A stretch of DNA of 64,000 nucleotides from Pasteurellaceae bacterium (GCA_030527795.1 JAUNAB010000003.1:53959-117958), one strand, 5' to 3'. Positions 1 to 12,050 are shown, numbered from the stretch's first letter. Notes: generated from the sequence alone by a model not told the origin. Program-made: numbers and translations.

Positions 1-527
1 GCTAAGAGTTCAGGTACGCCGACAAAAAACGCAATAGAAGAGTCTTTTAATAGAGAAGTAAACATATTTCCTATGCTCGGTAAGGCATTGACAAAGGCTT
101 GCGGTAAGATAATGTGTTGGTAGATTTTAATGGCACTTAATCCCATCGCACTGCCTGCTTCTTTTTGACCGCGGTCAACTGACTCTAATCCCGCACGGAA
201 AATTTCGGCTAAATAAGCGGAATATTTTAATGCAAAGCAAATAATTGCAGCACTGATTGCGGGCAAACTTTTTAGTACGGGAAGCATTTGAGGCAGCCCA
301 TAATAGACGATAAATAATAAAACAACTGAGGGCATTCCACGAAATAAAGAAATATAAAACGCGAGCAGTTGGTCTAAAATCGCAATGTGCCGTACGCGTA
401 ACAAAGCGATCGTCAAACCCAATAGAATTGCGATTAAAATGGATACAATCGCAATGTATAAGGTTGTGGGAAGGTAACCGATAATCTGCGGGAAGACATC
501 CAAAAAGTAGGCAAAATCAAAATTCAT
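1..527 (-). CDS. Amino-acid ABC transporter permease (HisM/GlnP family). The gene runs off the window start, so the C-terminus is missing.
   Basis: The reverse-complement frame starts with ATG at 525-527 and reads MNFDFAYFLDVFPQIIGYLPTTLYIAIVSILIAILLG...NMFTSLLKDSSIAFFVGVPELL, a typical polar amino-acid permease EAA-loop protein. It was not in the ORF track and I translated it by hand. Confidence 0.6.
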   Translation of the reverse strand, partial: MNFDFAYFLDVFPQIIGYLPTTLYIAIVSILIAILLGLTIALLRVRHIAILDQLLAFYISLFRGMPSVVLLFIVYYGLPQMLPVLKSLPAISAAIICFALKYSAYLAEIFRAGLESVDRGQKEAGSAMGLSAIKIYQHIILPQAFVNALPSIGNMFTSLLKDSSIAFFVGVPELL

Positions 528-551
528 AACGCTATTCCTATTGTGTGGGCG

Positions 552-595
552 AAAACCGCGGTTAAAAAAACGCGTGGATTTTTTACCGCGGTTTT
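552..595. terminator. Inverted USS-like pair (aaaaccgcggttaaaaaaacgcgtggattttttaccgcggtttt). It is an intercistronic hairpin between the substrate-binding-protein and permease genes.
   Basis: Inverted repeat with A/T-run flanks, seen directly in the sequence. Confidence 0.5.
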
Positions 596-602
596 GGCTC
601 AA

Positions 603-1406
603 TTATTGCTCTGGTGTAGTGATATCTTCACCATAGTATTTTTCAGATAAGGCTTTAATTGTGCCGTTTTGTTTGAGTTTAGTGAGGGCTTGATCAAATT
701 GCTCCCGTAGCTGTTGCCCACGAGCATTACGTGCAAATGGATAAGCTACAGCTTCCATCACTAAGGGTTTCCCGACTAATTTAAACGGCAGATTACTGCG
801 TTTCATTTCTGCTAACAAAATTGGTTTTGAATTGATATAGGCATCAACGCGTTTATAAACTAAATCGTACATCGCACCATCACGGGTTTCATAGGTTTTT
901 ATTGTGACTTCATTGTTCGGGAACACTTTTTTCAGAATATTCAAATGGTTTGAACCTAATACGCCAGAGATCATTTTACCTTTTAAATCGTTATAATCAC
1001 GAATATTTTCATTCTCATTGTGCGTAACAAGTTGACTACCATAATAGCTATAGGGTTGAGTGAAATCATATTTCGCTTTACGTGCTTCCGTTACCGCAAC
1101 GGCATTCGCAACGGTATCAAGACGTTCAGCATCAAGTTGCCCCATTAGCCCTGCAAATTCAATTGTTATCCATTCCACTTTATAGCCCAGTTCTTTGGCG
1201 ATGGCTTCGGTGGTTTCTACATCAAAACCCACTAATTTTCCATCTTGTTTAAACCCGTTTGGATAACCTTGCCCTGTGGAGCCGATATGTAGCACTTTTT
1301 CAGCTTGAGCTGAATTATCGGCGTTATTTGGTGCTTGCTTATCGCAAGCGGTTAAGATTGTCGTGATAAGTAATGCACTGATTAATGTGAGTTTTTTTAC
1401 GGTCAT
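603..1406 (-). CDS. Periplasmic amino-acid-binding lipoprotein (family 3 solute-binding protein) of an ABC transporter
   Basis: N-terminal signal peptide with lipobox LTAC. The translation resembles cystine/polar amino-acid binding proteins. Confidence 0.7.
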   Translation of the reverse strand: MTVKKLTLISALLITTILTACDKQAPNNADNSAQAEKVLHIGSTGQGYPNGFKQDGKLVGFDVETTEAIAKELGYKVEWITIEFAGLMGQLDAERLDTVANAVAVTEARKAKYDFTQPYSYYGSQLVTHNENENIRDYNDLKGKMISGVLGSNHLNILKKVFPNNEVTIKTYETRDGAMYDLVYKRVDAYINSKPILLAEMKRSNLPFKLVGKPLVMEAVAYPFARNARGQQLREQFDQALTKLKQNGTIKALSEKYYGEDITTPEQ

Positions 1407-1430
1407 AATGAGGTTCCTTCTTTTTAAATG

Positions 1431-1952
1431 TTAAGATGAATGTGTAAATTGCCACAGTTGAAATAACGCAGGATCTAAGATCTTGCGGTAATAAATTGTT
1501 GTGTGATCCGCGGTCAAATTTACGCGTGAAATTTCAGTAAATCCGTTCTTTTGATAAAACCTGTTGAGCCAAGGATGATTTTCCGCGGTGCCTAATGTCA
1601 CAAAAGGCAGATTAAACTGTGCAAGTAAAATATGCTGTTCTAGCCAAGTAAGCAGTTTTTTTGCCAAGCCTTGATGAGCAAAATCGGGATCCGTTGCAAA
1701 CCAGCCAATATGTGGCACGCCATAAGGTCCAGGATTGTTTCCCCAAGGCAAACGTAAACTAATGGTACAAATAGGGTTATCTTGTGCAAAAACTCCATAC
1801 ACTAAATTGGTTTGAATATGCTGTTCAATCAGTGCTAAATTGGCATCTGCAGCGGCAAAATAGATCCCCAATTTGACAACTGGGGCATAAGCTCGATGTA
1901 GCAATTGCTGATATGGCAGTTTGTCGCTTAAAGTAATACGGCGAATATGCAT
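1431..1952 (-). CDS. GNAT-family N-acetyltransferase
   Basis: 173 aa with a GNAT-like C-terminal motif (RFYQKNGFTEI). It sits 2 nt downstream of the lyase gene, so it is probably translationally coupled to it. Confidence 0.5.
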   Translation of the reverse strand: MHIRRITLSDKLPYQQLLHRAYAPVVKLGIYFAAADANLALIEQHIQTNLVYGVFAQDNPICTISLRLPWGNNPGPYGVPHIGWFATDPDFAHQGLAKKLLTWLEQHILLAQFNLPFVTLGTAENHPWLNRFYQKNGFTEISRVNLTADHTTIYYRKILDPALFQLWQFTHSS

Positions 1953-1954
1953 TG

Positions 1955-3319
1955 TTACTCCAATAATCCTGATTGTTCAGCAGCTTGAATGACTTGATCG
2001 ACTTTTTGCGGTGCGTTACCTAAATAATTCTCAGGTTTTAACCAGTCATTTAAATCTTGTTCACGGATAACTTGCGATAATGTCGGGTGTTCAATCAACA
2101 CTTGCTTAAAGAGGCGATTTTGCTCAAAGGATTGCATTGCACATTCATAAACCAAATGGTGAGCCGTTTGTTTACCTAAACGTTTACCTAGCTCAAACAT
2201 CACTTTCTCAGATAACAGCAAGCCATTTTGCATTGCTAAATTATTGAGCATTTGTTGTTGATTAACCTTAATTCCACGTAGAATATTGAGTGCAATTTGC
2301 AACTGTGCAGCGATGTATAAATTAATTTCAGGCAGTGCGATCCATTCAGCTCGCCAGCTCATTGCATCCCGTTCGTGTTCTACTTTCATTGATTCGTGAA
2401 TTAACGCAACACTTTTTAATAATGGTGGGGTCAAACTGGCTAACCCTTCTAGTGCAGCAGGATTACGTTTGTGTGGCATTGTTGATGAACCAATTTTCCC
2501 CGCACTAAATGGCTCTTCAATTTCATTAATTTCTGTACGCATAAGGTTATAAAACTCATTGCCAATTTTACCTAGCGTGCCACTAATTAATGCAATCACT
2601 GACGCATATTCTGAAAAGCGATCACGTGCAGATTGCCAGCCAATGTTGGGCGTATTTAAACCTAATTTTTGTAAGGTTCTTTGCTCAATCTCAGGACCTT
2701 GTGAGCCAAAAGAGGCATAGGTACAGATTGCTCCACTGATATTGCCAACTAGCACTCGTGCTTTAATTTCTTTTAAGCGTGCGAGATGGCGAATAAATTC
2801 ATCGAGCCAAACTGCGATTTTAAATCCAAAGGTGGTGGGGAGCGCTTGCATTCCGTGAGTACGTCCTACCATGGGTAAATATTGATATTGTTTAGCAAGT
2901 TTTTTAAGTTCTAAGGCGATTAAATGGGTATCTCGTTCAATAATGGTAAAGGCTTGTTTTAATTGCAGCATTGTTCCCGTATCAACAATATCTTGAGTTG
3001 TCGGTCCATAATGCACAAATTCGCCCGCGCTACCGCATTGATGCTGTAAGGCATTAATTGTTGCCATAAAAGAATGTTTTAACTGAGCAATTTCTTGTGC
3101 TATATCACTTAAATTAAATTGGCTTGGATCTGCGGCTTGCGTAATTTGTTGTGCTGCTTCAGCAGGAATAACCCCCAATTCTGCTTCGGCTTGTGCTAAG
3201 GCAACCTCAACATCAATATGCTTACGTAAGCGATTTGTTTCAGACCATATTTCACGCATTTCTTCGGTACTAAAGTTATTACCGAGCGTGAGAAAATCAA
3301 TAATATGTGCTGCCATCAC
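1955..3319 (-). CDS. Class II fumarase/aspartase-superfamily lyase (adenylosuccinate lyase / 3-carboxymuconate cycloisomerase PcaB-like)
   Basis: Carries the superfamily signature GSSTMPHKRNP. The N-terminus resembles PcaB/PurB-family proteins. It is distinct from ArgH, which is encoded elsewhere in the window. Confidence 0.65.
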   Translation of the reverse strand: MMAAHIIDFLTLGNNFSTEEMREIWSETNRLRKHIDVEVALAQAEAELGVIPAEAAQQITQAADPSQFNLSDIAQEIAQLKHSFMATINALQHQCGSAGEFVHYGPTTQDIVDTGTMLQLKQAFTIIERDTHLIALELKKLAKQYQYLPMVGRTHGMQALPTTFGFKIAVWLDEFIRHLARLKEIKARVLVGNISGAICTYASFGSQGPEIEQRTLQKLGLNTPNIGWQSARDRFSEYASVIALISGTLGKIGNEFYNLMRTEINEIEEPFSAGKIGSSTMPHKRNPAALEGLASLTPPLLKSVALIHESMKVEHERDAMSWRAEWIALPEINLYIAAQLQIALNILRGIKVNQQQMLNNLAMQNGLLLSEKVMFELGKRLGKQTAHHLVYECAMQSFEQNRLFKQVLIEHPTLSQVIREQDLNDWLKPENYLGNAPQKVDQVIQAAEQSGLLE

Positions 3320-3483
3320 TACCTCAAATTAGATTATGTTTTAGTAAACTGTAGAAATTCTAAGAAGGTTTCTAATAGAAAACCAATAACCTTTTTGATT
3401 AATATATAGCTTTTTGGAATATATATTATTTTTGAGTGGATTTAGAGAATAAAAAATCGGAAAGAGAAAGATAAGAGATAAAT

Positions 3484-3512
3484 AAAAAACCCGACATAAG
3501 TCGGGTTTTTTT
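3484..3512 (-). terminator. Rho-independent terminator of the rpsF-priB-rpsR-rplI operon
   Basis: aaaaaacccgacataagtcgggttttttt: a GC stem followed by a T-run, directly after the rplI stop. Confidence 0.7.
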
Positions 3513-3523
3513 ACGAATAGAAA

Positions 3524-3973
3524 TTATTCAGCAACAACGATAACGTTTAATGATGCGAATACTTCACCGTGTAATTGGAATTTCACGTCGTGGTCGCCTA
3601 AGGTACGAATTGGACCTGTAGGTAAACGCACTTCGCTTTTTGAAATTTCAACACCTGCTTTAGTTACTGCATCGGCTACATCACGTGTAGTGATTGAACC
3701 GAATAAACGTCCTTCGTCACCTGCTTTAGACGCGATAGTTACGCTTTCTAATGCAGTAAGTTGTGCTGCACGAGCTTGAGCCGCAGCTAAAGATGCTGCA
3801 ACTTTTGCTTCTAATTCAGCACGACGTGCTTCAAAGTGTTCAATATTTGCTTTGGTTGCCATAACTGCTTTCCCTTGTGGGATTAAGAAGTTACGTGCGA
3901 AACCTGATTTTACATTCACTTGGTCACCAACGTTACCTAAGTGAACAATTTTGTCTAAAAGAATGATTTGCAT
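3524..3973 (-). CDS. rplI: 50S ribosomal protein L9
   Basis: [37 protein letters not shown] is a typical L9 N-terminus. Confidence 0.95.
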   Translation of the reverse strand: MQIILLDKIVHLGNVGDQVNVKSGFARNFLIPQGKAVMATKANIEHFEARRAELEAKVAASLAAAQARAAQLTALESVTIASKAGDEGRLFGSITTRDVADAVTKAGVEISKSEVRLPTGPIRTLGDHDVKFQLHGEVFASLNVIVVAE

Positions 3974-3989
3974 TACCGTATCTCCTTAA

Positions 3990-4229
<240 letters not shown>

Positions 4230-4577
4230 CTAATCTATAAATTCGATTTGCTCGGCGTGCAAAACTAATTGGCTTAAACCGTTAGAGGTTTTATGAGAAC
4301 TTAAAAAGCCCTGTACCAATAATTTACAACCGACCGTAATGCTTTGAGTTTTTTGCTTAAATTGATTGCCACTCATTTGTATTGGCATTTTACACCAAGC
4401 TTGGCGTGAAAATCCTGCTTCATTTTGTTCGGAACGATGTTCTAAATAGAATCGGCAGTGTGCAATACCATTTGGGCTTTGCGTGAATTTCGGCAAATCG
4501 GCAACAGTACCAATGAGCGAAACACGGTTATCAATGCGTAAATTACTCTTCAGCATCCTCAAAATCGTTGTTTTCAA
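4230..4577 (-). CDS. priB: Primosomal replication protein N (PriB)
   Basis: SSB-like fold sequence located between rpsF and rpsR, as in the conserved operon. Confidence 0.85.
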   Translation of the reverse strand: MKTTILRMLKSNLRIDNRVSLIGTVADLPKFTQSPNGIAHCRFYLEHRSEQNEAGFSRQAWCKMPIQMSGNQFKQKTQSITVGCKLLVQGFLSSHKTSNGLSQLVLHAEQIEFID

Positions 4578-4920
4578 CTTCAGCTGAAGCGCGACGTTCG
4601 TCTTTCGCTTTAACCATTGGGGACGCTTCTGTTACGGCGTGCTTAGTATGAATGATGATGTTACGAAGAACGGCATCATTATAACGGAATGTTGTTTCTA
4701 GCTCGTCGATGACTTTCTGAGGCGCTTCTACATTCATAAGCACATAATGTGCTTTGTGTAATTTGTTGATTGGGTAAGCTAATTGACGACGACCCCAATC
4801 TTCTAGGCGATGAATTTGACCGCCAGCTTCTTTTACAGAACCTGTGTAGCGTTCAATCATACCTGGTACTTGCTCGCTTTGGTCCGGGTGAACCATAAAC
4901 ACGATTTCGTAGTGACGCAT
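4543..4920 (-). CDS. rpsF: 30S ribosomal protein S6
   Basis: [25 protein letters not shown] is the S6 N-terminus, followed by an acidic C-terminal tail. Confidence 0.95.
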   Translation of the reverse strand: MRHYEIVFMVHPDQSEQVPGMIERYTGSVKEAGGQIHRLEDWGRRQLAYPINKLHKAHYVLMNVEAPQKVIDELETTFRYNDAVLRNIIIHTKHAVTEASPMVKAKDERRASAEVENNDFEDAEE

Positions 4921-5059
4921 TACTGCTCCTTACGGGTTAATCAGCCTCCGACTGTTGATCCAACCACTGATCTGCGGAAGCAAGGAACGAAAATTAAATG
5001 TGGTTGCAAGGGGCGAATTATACAGGGGTTTGTGATGATACGCAATAAGAAATTATTGA

Positions 5060-5100
5060 AAACCGCGGTTGTAAATTAAGGCATTTTTTAGCCGCGGTTT
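5060..5100 (-). terminator. USS-like inverted pair downstream of argH (aaccgcggttgtaaattaaggcattttttagccgcggttt)
   Basis: Inverted repeat with a T-run. Another copy, gaccgcggtg, overlaps the argH stop codon. Confidence 0.5.
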
Positions 5101-5139
5101 GTGGAATATGGAGAGATTTGTCGTAAAAATAAGCGAATT

Positions 5140-6528
5140 TTAGACCGCGGTGTTGATGTTAAAACGCATTTTAGCCGCTTGAATCGCTTCAGCTACACGC
5201 AATGGCGAGACTCCGCCTTTTGCACAGCGTTTATCCAAACAAGATTGAAGCGATAAAATCGGATAAACGTCGTCATCAATGACATCGCTAAATTGGCGGA
5301 ATTCAGCCACGCTAAGATTTTCTAAACCTTTATGTACGCTGATCGCATAGACCACGGTTTCGCCAACAATGTGATGCGAATCACGGAATGGTACGCCTTT
5401 GGCAACGAGATAATCGGCTAATTCCGTTGCATTAGAATAGCCTTTTAAGGCAGCTTCGCGGGTGCGTTCAACATTGACTTTAATGTCTTCAAGCACAAAA
5501 CTTGCCATCGTTAAGCAGGCCTGCCAAGTATCGAGTGCATCAAAAATCCCTTCTTTGTCTTCTTGCATATCCTTGTTATAGGCAAGTGGTAAGCCTTTTA
5601 AAGTGATTAACATTCCTGTCAGTGAACCAATCACACGCCCTGCTTTACCGCGGATCAATTCGCAAGCGTCAGGGTTTTTCTTCTGTGGCATTAATGATGA
5701 ACCTGAGGTCACGCGGTCGGATAATTCCACAAAATCCGCTTCACCGCTATTAAAAATGATCATATCTTCTGCGAAACGGGATAAATGTGCCATACTGAGC
5801 GATGCGATGGAAAGCAGTTCAATAATATGATCGCGGTCGGATACGCTGTCTAAACTGTTATTTGTGGCACTGCTGAATCCGAGATCTTGAGCAAGCTTAT
5901 CGCGATCAATCGGGTATGCGGTACCTGCTAATGCACCACTGCCTAATGGGCAAGTGTTCATTCGTTGATAAGCATCTTGTAAACGGCTGTAATCGCGATT
6001 GAGCATTTCTACATAAGCCATACACCAATGAGCAAAACTAATGGGTTGTGCACGTTGTAAATGTGTATAACCTGGCATTACCGCATCTTGCGTATTTTCC
6101 GCGGTTTCTGTTAATTTGATTTGTAATTGGCGAATGCAGTTCTGTAATTCAAGGGCTTGTTCACGGCACCAAATTTTAATATCAACGGCGACTTGATCGT
6201 TACGGCTACGCCCAGTGTGTAATTTTTTACCTAAGTTGCCAACTTTGTCGATAAGTTTACTTTCTACCCAGCTATGAATATCTTCTGCATCATCTTGCAA
6301 AATACCTTGCGGATGCGAGCGTACTTCAAGGAGTAATTCATTGAGTGCTTGTTCAAGTTGTTGTTGTTCATCCTGTGTGAGTACGTTTACACTCACTAAT
6401 GCTTTAGACCAACCGATTGAGCCGATAATGTCTTGCTCAGCTAAGCGATAGTCAAAGCGTAATGAATCATTAAAGTCTTTAAATTTTTTGTCTGCCGCTT
6501 GTGTAAAGCGACCGCCCCAAAGTGCCAT
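5140..6528 (-). CDS. argH: Argininosuccinate lyase
   Basis: [29 protein letters not shown]... and the [11 protein letters not shown] signature. Confidence 0.95.
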   Translation of the reverse strand: MALWGGRFTQAADKKFKDFNDSLRFDYRLAEQDIIGSIGWSKALVSVNVLTQDEQQQLEQALNELLLEVRSHPQGILQDDAEDIHSWVESKLIDKVGNLGKKLHTGRSRNDQVAVDIKIWCREQALELQNCIRQLQIKLTETAENTQDAVMPGYTHLQRAQPISFAHWCMAYVEMLNRDYSRLQDAYQRMNTCPLGSGALAGTAYPIDRDKLAQDLGFSSATNNSLDSVSDRDHIIELLSIASLSMAHLSRFAEDMIIFNSGEADFVELSDRVTSGSSLMPQKKNPDACELIRGKAGRVIGSLTGMLITLKGLPLAYNKDMQEDKEGIFDALDTWQACLTMASFVLEDIKVNVERTREAALKGYSNATELADYLVAKGVPFRDSHHIVGETVVYAISVHKGLENLSVAEFRQFSDVIDDDVYPILSLQSCLDKRCAKGGVSPLRVAEAIQAAKMRFNINTAV

Positions 6529-6894
6529 AGCATATCCTTACCATTAAGAATGAGTATTATCTATTTGATTATTTATGCTATTATTGTGCATAAATATTAA
6601 ATTTGCAATTATTTTTTATACTATTTCAAATTTATCTTTTTAATTTAAAAATCATTATCATTTTTTAGTGTAAATCTATATTATTATCTTAAATGATCGT
6701 TTGAAATTATACTAAATCAGGATTTTTATTGAATTTTATTTAAATTTAAAATAATTTTATTGATATTTATCTAATTGATAAAAAAATTATGGTTTTTCTG
6801 AAAAAAGTAGTTGCTATTTCCTAACTTTTTGTTGCATAGTGTTTTCGAGGTCAAATTGACCGACTATTATTTTAATATTGCAAACATTTCATAA

Positions 6895-8274
<1,380 letters not shown>

Positions 8275-8303
8275 TTAATCTCACTGATTAACGTCAGCAT
8301 AAC

Positions 8304-8337
8304 CGCCCTAATCGCAAACCATTAGGGCGTTTTTTTA
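8304..8337 (+). terminator. gdhA rho-independent terminator
   Basis: cgccctaatcgcaaaccattagggcgttttttt. Confidence 0.7.
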
Positions 8338-8464
8338 TGTTTATAACCTAAAAGTAAGAGATAGATCATTTTTATCTTATAATCTTTGGTAAATATATTG
8401 AATTTTATCTAATTATCGTGTTAAATCGGTATAGATTGTAAGGTTTTTTAGAAAGGTTGTTAAT

Positions 8465-9307
8465 ATGTGTCAATTATTGGGAATGAATTGCAATACGCCA
8501 ACGGATATTGTGTTTTCATTTGAAGGATTCCGACGGCGTGCGGGATTAACGGATAGTCATTCTGACGGTTTTGGTATTGCTTTTTTTGAAGGCAAGGGCG
8601 TGCGAGTGTTTCGTGATAATAAGGCTGCCCATTCTTCGCCGATTGCAGATTGCGTAAAGCAATATAAGATCAAATCCCTTAACGTGATTGCCCATATTCG
8701 CAAAGCGACTCAAGGTCTTGTAACCATTGAGAATACTCACCCTTTTATGCGTGAAATTTGGGGCGAAAATTGGGTTTTTGCTCATAATGGTAACCTAAAA
8801 TCTTTGCCTGATATGTCCGATAGCCTTTGCCAACCGATTGGTTCTACTGATTCCGAAACGGCATTTTGCTATATGGCGGAACAATTAAAAAATCATTTTC
8901 GTAAAAAGCCGAGCGAAGATCAAATTTTTGAGAAAATTCAACAGTTTGCACAAGGATTATCACAACGTGGCACCTTTAACTTTTTATTATCTAATGGCGA
9001 ATGGCTGATTGCACATTGTTCTACTAATTTACATTATGTGACACGCAAAGCCCCTTTTGGCTTGGCACAACGGGTTGACGATGATGGCGTAATTGATTTT
9101 AATGATTATGCCAAAGAAGGCGATAAAATTACTATTGTTTCAACCTTCCCCCTCACAAAAAATGAAAAGTGGACCAAAATGGAACACGGCGGGTTAGTGT
9201 TTTTCAAAGATGGCGATAAAATTAAGGAAATTATTGGAGAATACAAAGAAATGGAAGATGACGGTACACTTGGCGACGCTAAATTGGGTTCATTAGGGAC
9301 GAAATAA
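8465..9307 (+). CDS. yafJ: Class II (Ntn) glutamine amidotransferase, YafJ-like
   Basis: MCQLLGMNCNTPTDIVFSFEGF... has a Cys2 nucleophile and is similar along its length to E. coli YafJ. Confidence 0.8.
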   Translation: MCQLLGMNCNTPTDIVFSFEGFRRRAGLTDSHSDGFGIAFFEGKGVRVFRDNKAAHSSPIADCVKQYKIKSLNVIAHIRKATQGLVTIENTHPFMREIWGENWVFAHNGNLKSLPDMSDSLCQPIGSTDSETAFCYMAEQLKNHFRKKPSEDQIFEKIQQFAQGLSQRGTFNFLLSNGEWLIAHCSTNLHYVTRKAPFGLAQRVDDDGVIDFNDYAKEGDKITIVSTFPLTKNEKWTKMEHGGLVFFKDGDKIKEIIGEYKEMEDDGTLGDAKLGSLGTK

Positions 9308-9556
9308 TTTTTTCTTTTTTCTCAGGAAAACCGCGGTCAAAAATTTAAACGTTTTTTTGACCGCGGTTTTTTTATAACTTATTGCCAAAAGATGGCGACA
9401 AGATTCGGGAAATTATTGGTGAACATAAAGAAATGGAAGATGACGGTATACTTGGCGATGCTAAATTGGGTTCATTAGAGATGAAATAATTTTTCTTTTT
9501 TCTCAGGAAAACCGCGGTCAAAAATTTAGACGTTTTTTGACCGCAGTTTTTTATAA
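9196..9556. repeat. Tandem direct duplication of about 180 bp. It copies the last roughly 35 codons of yafJ, its stop codon and the USS-pair terminator. Copy 1 is about 9196-9377 and copy 2 about 9378-9556.
   Basis: The two copies are about 90% identical by eye (gatggcgataaaattaaggaaattattggagaatacaaagaaatggaagatgacggtacacttggcgacgctaaattgggttcattagggacgaaataa... against gatggcgacaagattcgggaaattattggtgaacataaagaaatggaagatgacggtatacttggcgatgctaaattgggttcattagagatgaaataa...). Each is followed by the pair aaaaccgcggtcaaaaattta(a/g)acgtttttttgaccgc(g/a)gtttttt. Confidence 0.85.
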
Positions 9557-9607
9557 TTTGTTGTAAAAATATGCAAAATTTTCTTGCTGAATCTTTACAG
9601 CATAACT

Positions 9608-9626
9608 AAAAATCGTTATCATCATC
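9608..9626 (+). promoter_or_regulatory. Candidate Fur box upstream of the TonB-dependent receptor gene
   Basis: aaaaatcgTTATCATCATC matches about 14 of 19 positions of the reverse complement of the Fur consensus GATAATGATAATCATTATC. It lies about 60 bp upstream of the receptor start. Confidence 0.35.
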
Positions 9627-9686
9627 AACATTGCTTTTGCTGTACTTTTTTACTCGCTTTTTTATTCATCACAGAGGAACCAACCT

Positions 9687-11984
9687 ATGCGCAAAACTTG
9701 TGCGTTCCAACATTGTGATCGCGTTATGATCACCTCAAAATATTCCCATTTATTCAAATTTAATGCCGTTTTACTTGCACTATGTTCTGTTTCGGGTTTA
9801 GCTAATGCTGAGTTATCAAGCACTGAAACAAATACAAGTGAGAGCTTAGAGCAAATTGATGTATCAAGCCAAGCTGAAGATCGTTCAACAACGGAAGGAT
9901 CAGGTTCTTATACTACTGATCGAATGAATACCGCAATTGGTCTGCCATTGTCTATTCGTGAAACGCCACAATCTGTGAGCGTAGTGAGTAATAAATTAAT
10001 TAAAGATTTGAACTATACGGATTTAGAAACAGCCTTGAGTTACACCGCAGGGATTTATGTCACAAAAGAATCTGGGCGTTCTCGTTTGCAATCTCGCGGA
10101 TTTTATATTGATAATATTCAAGAAGATGGCGTGGCTAATGGCATATCTAGTTCAAATATGCAACGTGGTGTGATTGGATTTTCAAAAGAATCGTCCGATA
10201 TGGCGTTTTATGATCGGGTTGAAGTATTGCGTGGTGTCGCAGGGTTATCTCAATCAAATGGCGATCCTGGTGGTACGGTCAATTTGTTACGTAAGAAACC
10301 GACAAAATATTTCCAAGCAAATGGATCAATTTCGGCAGGAAGTTGGGATAATTATCGTAATGTAGTTGATGCATCTGGTCCGCTAAATGAGGCTGGAACA
10401 GTACGTGGGCGTTTAATTGGTGTTTTGGCTAAAACAGGTGAAGAGAAGCAAAATAGTGCCGGTAATCGCCGTGCAGTAATGGGGGTGTTAGAGTTTGATG
10501 TTACCGATCATACCTTATTAACGGTGGGTGCACTTTATCAGCGTTCTCGTGGATTATATGATATATATGGTGTGCCTGTATATCAAACAGATGGTACAAC
10601 CAAATCAGCCTTAAATTTATCGCGTAAGGCCTATCTTGGTACGGATTGGTCGAGAGAAATTTTAGAAAAAGTAAATACGTTTGCTGAATTTGAGCATCGC
10701 TTTAATCAAGATTGGAAAGCCTCTGTAAAATTTAATTATACTCATTCTAATGCGCATTTAGTCTATGGTGCTATTGGTGGCTCGAATCCGTATAATCCCG
10801 CAACTAAAAGCCATTCTTTACGTCGTTATCGTTATGATAATGGCAGTGATGAAGTTGCATTTAAAATGGAACTTAATGGTAAATATGAGCTGTTTGGGCA
10901 AAAACACGATTTATTCTTCAATCTTAGCGGTTCAAAAGAGAAATTTTCTAATTTAGAAAAACGTACCGCAGATTTATATGGATATGGGCTAGATTTTGAC
11001 CGCGGATCTGTGGCTGAACCTAATTGGGATGATTCATCAGTGTTAACTTATAATGATGATTATCGCTCTAATATTTATAAAAAAGCCGTAACATTAGGAA
11101 CACGTTATAATTTTAATGATAGTTGGCATTTATTGATTGGTGGGCGTTATTCACAAGTTAAATATAATCGTTGGCTGGATGATCTTTTAGCTAATGAGCC
11201 TTATCGTTATAAGGTGTTAAAGCGTCAAAAATTTGTGCCTTATGCTGGTTTAACTTGGGATTATTTACCGCAACATTCTTGGTATTTAAGCTATGCTGAA
11301 ATATTTAAACCGCAGTCAACTACGCGTTCTGATGGCTCATATCTTGAACCGATTGTAGGAAGCAATATTGAAACGGGTTTGAAATCTGAGTTCTTAGATG
11401 GTCGCTTAAATGCATCATTGGCGTTATTCCAAGTTATTCAAAAAAATAGAGCAATGACTGATCCAAACAATAGCTTATACTCTATTGCACAAGGTCGTGT
11501 ACGTACACGGGGTATGGATGTTGAGCTTTCAGGTGCATTGAGCGATAACTTACAAATTTTAGCGGGTTACACTTATAGCCGTAGTATTTATTTAGAACAA
11601 GAACGAACATCAAGCAGCGTTGATTATAGTAAAGGTGCATTAGCAAATCGCTATACGCCGAGACACGTTGTTCGTCTTTATGCTTCTTATAATTTACCAG
11701 ACCAATGGAATAAATGGACAGTGGGGGCAGGTATGCGTTATCAAAGCCAAGTAAGTTCAATTTATAGAAGTTCAATGGTTTATTATGTTCCACCACAAGG
11801 CGGTTACACCCTTTGGGATGCGAATATTGCGTATCAAATTAATAAACATATGGATGTCAATTTATCCGTGAAAAATATTACTGATAAGAAATATTGGCAA
11901 AATACCAGTAACCGTGTAGCAGGAATGAATAACTATTATGGCGAAGGTCGCAATGCAACCTTAACATTCAACTGGAACTTCTAA
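9687..11984 (+). CDS. TonB-dependent outer-membrane receptor (YddB-like)
   Basis: It has a signal peptide (alternative start MITSKY at 9726), a plug domain (ETPQSVSVVS...), a beta-barrel region and a C-terminal ...TLTFNWNF ending in aromatic Phe. Confidence 0.85.
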   Translation: MRKTCAFQHCDRVMITSKYSHLFKFNAVLLALCSVSGLANAELSSTETNTSESLEQIDVSSQAEDRSTTEGSGSYTTDRMNTAIGLPLSIRETPQSVSVVSNKLIKDLNYTDLETALSYTAGIYVTKESGRSRLQSRGFYIDNIQEDGVANGISSSNMQRGVIGFSKESSDMAFYDRVEVLRGVAGLSQSNGDPGGTVNLLRKKPTKYFQANGSISAGSWDNYRNVVDASGPLNEAGTVRGRLIGVLAKTGEEKQNSAGNRRAVMGVLEFDVTDHTLLTVGALYQRSRGLYDIYGVPVYQTDGTTKSALNLSRKAYLGTDWSREILEKVNTFAEFEHRFNQDWKASVKFNYTHSNAHLVYGAIGGSNPYNPATKSHSLRRYRYDNGSDEVAFKMELNGKYELFGQKHDLFFNLSGSKEKFSNLEKRTADLYGYGLDFDRGSVAEPNWDDSSVLTYNDDYRSNIYKKAVTLGTRYNFNDSWHLLIGGRYSQVKYNRWLDDLLANEPYRYKVLKRQKFVPYAGLTWDYLPQHSWYLSYAEIFKPQSTTRSDGSYLEPIVGSNIETGLKSEFLDGRLNASLALFQVIQKNRAMTDPNNSLYSIAQGRVRTRGMDVELSGALSDNLQILAGYTYSRSIYLEQERTSSSVDYSKGALANRYTPRHVVRLYASYNLPDQWNKWTVGAGMRYQSQVSSIYRSSMVYYVPPQGGYTLWDANIAYQINKHMDVNLSVKNITDKKYWQNTSNRVAGMNNYYGEGRNATLTFNWNF

Positions 11985-11998
11985 CCCCACTTATCTTA

Positions 11999-12035
11999 AC
12001 CGCACTTGCTCAATACTGAAACAAGTGCGGTTTTA
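11999..12035 (+). terminator. Hin-type USS inverted pair (aaccgcacttg...caagtgcggtttt) between the receptor and ABC genes
   Basis: AAGTGCGGT core on both arms followed by a T-run. Confidence 0.6.
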
Positions 12036-12050
12036 TTTTGATGATTAACG

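Noticed and set aside
4810-5079. 89 aa plus-strand ORF
   Set aside because: Lies antisense within rpsF and its upstream region, has no RBS and no recognisable fold. It is a chance ORF.
5603-5830. 75 aa plus-strand ORF inside argH
   Set aside because: Antisense to a highly conserved gene and spurious.
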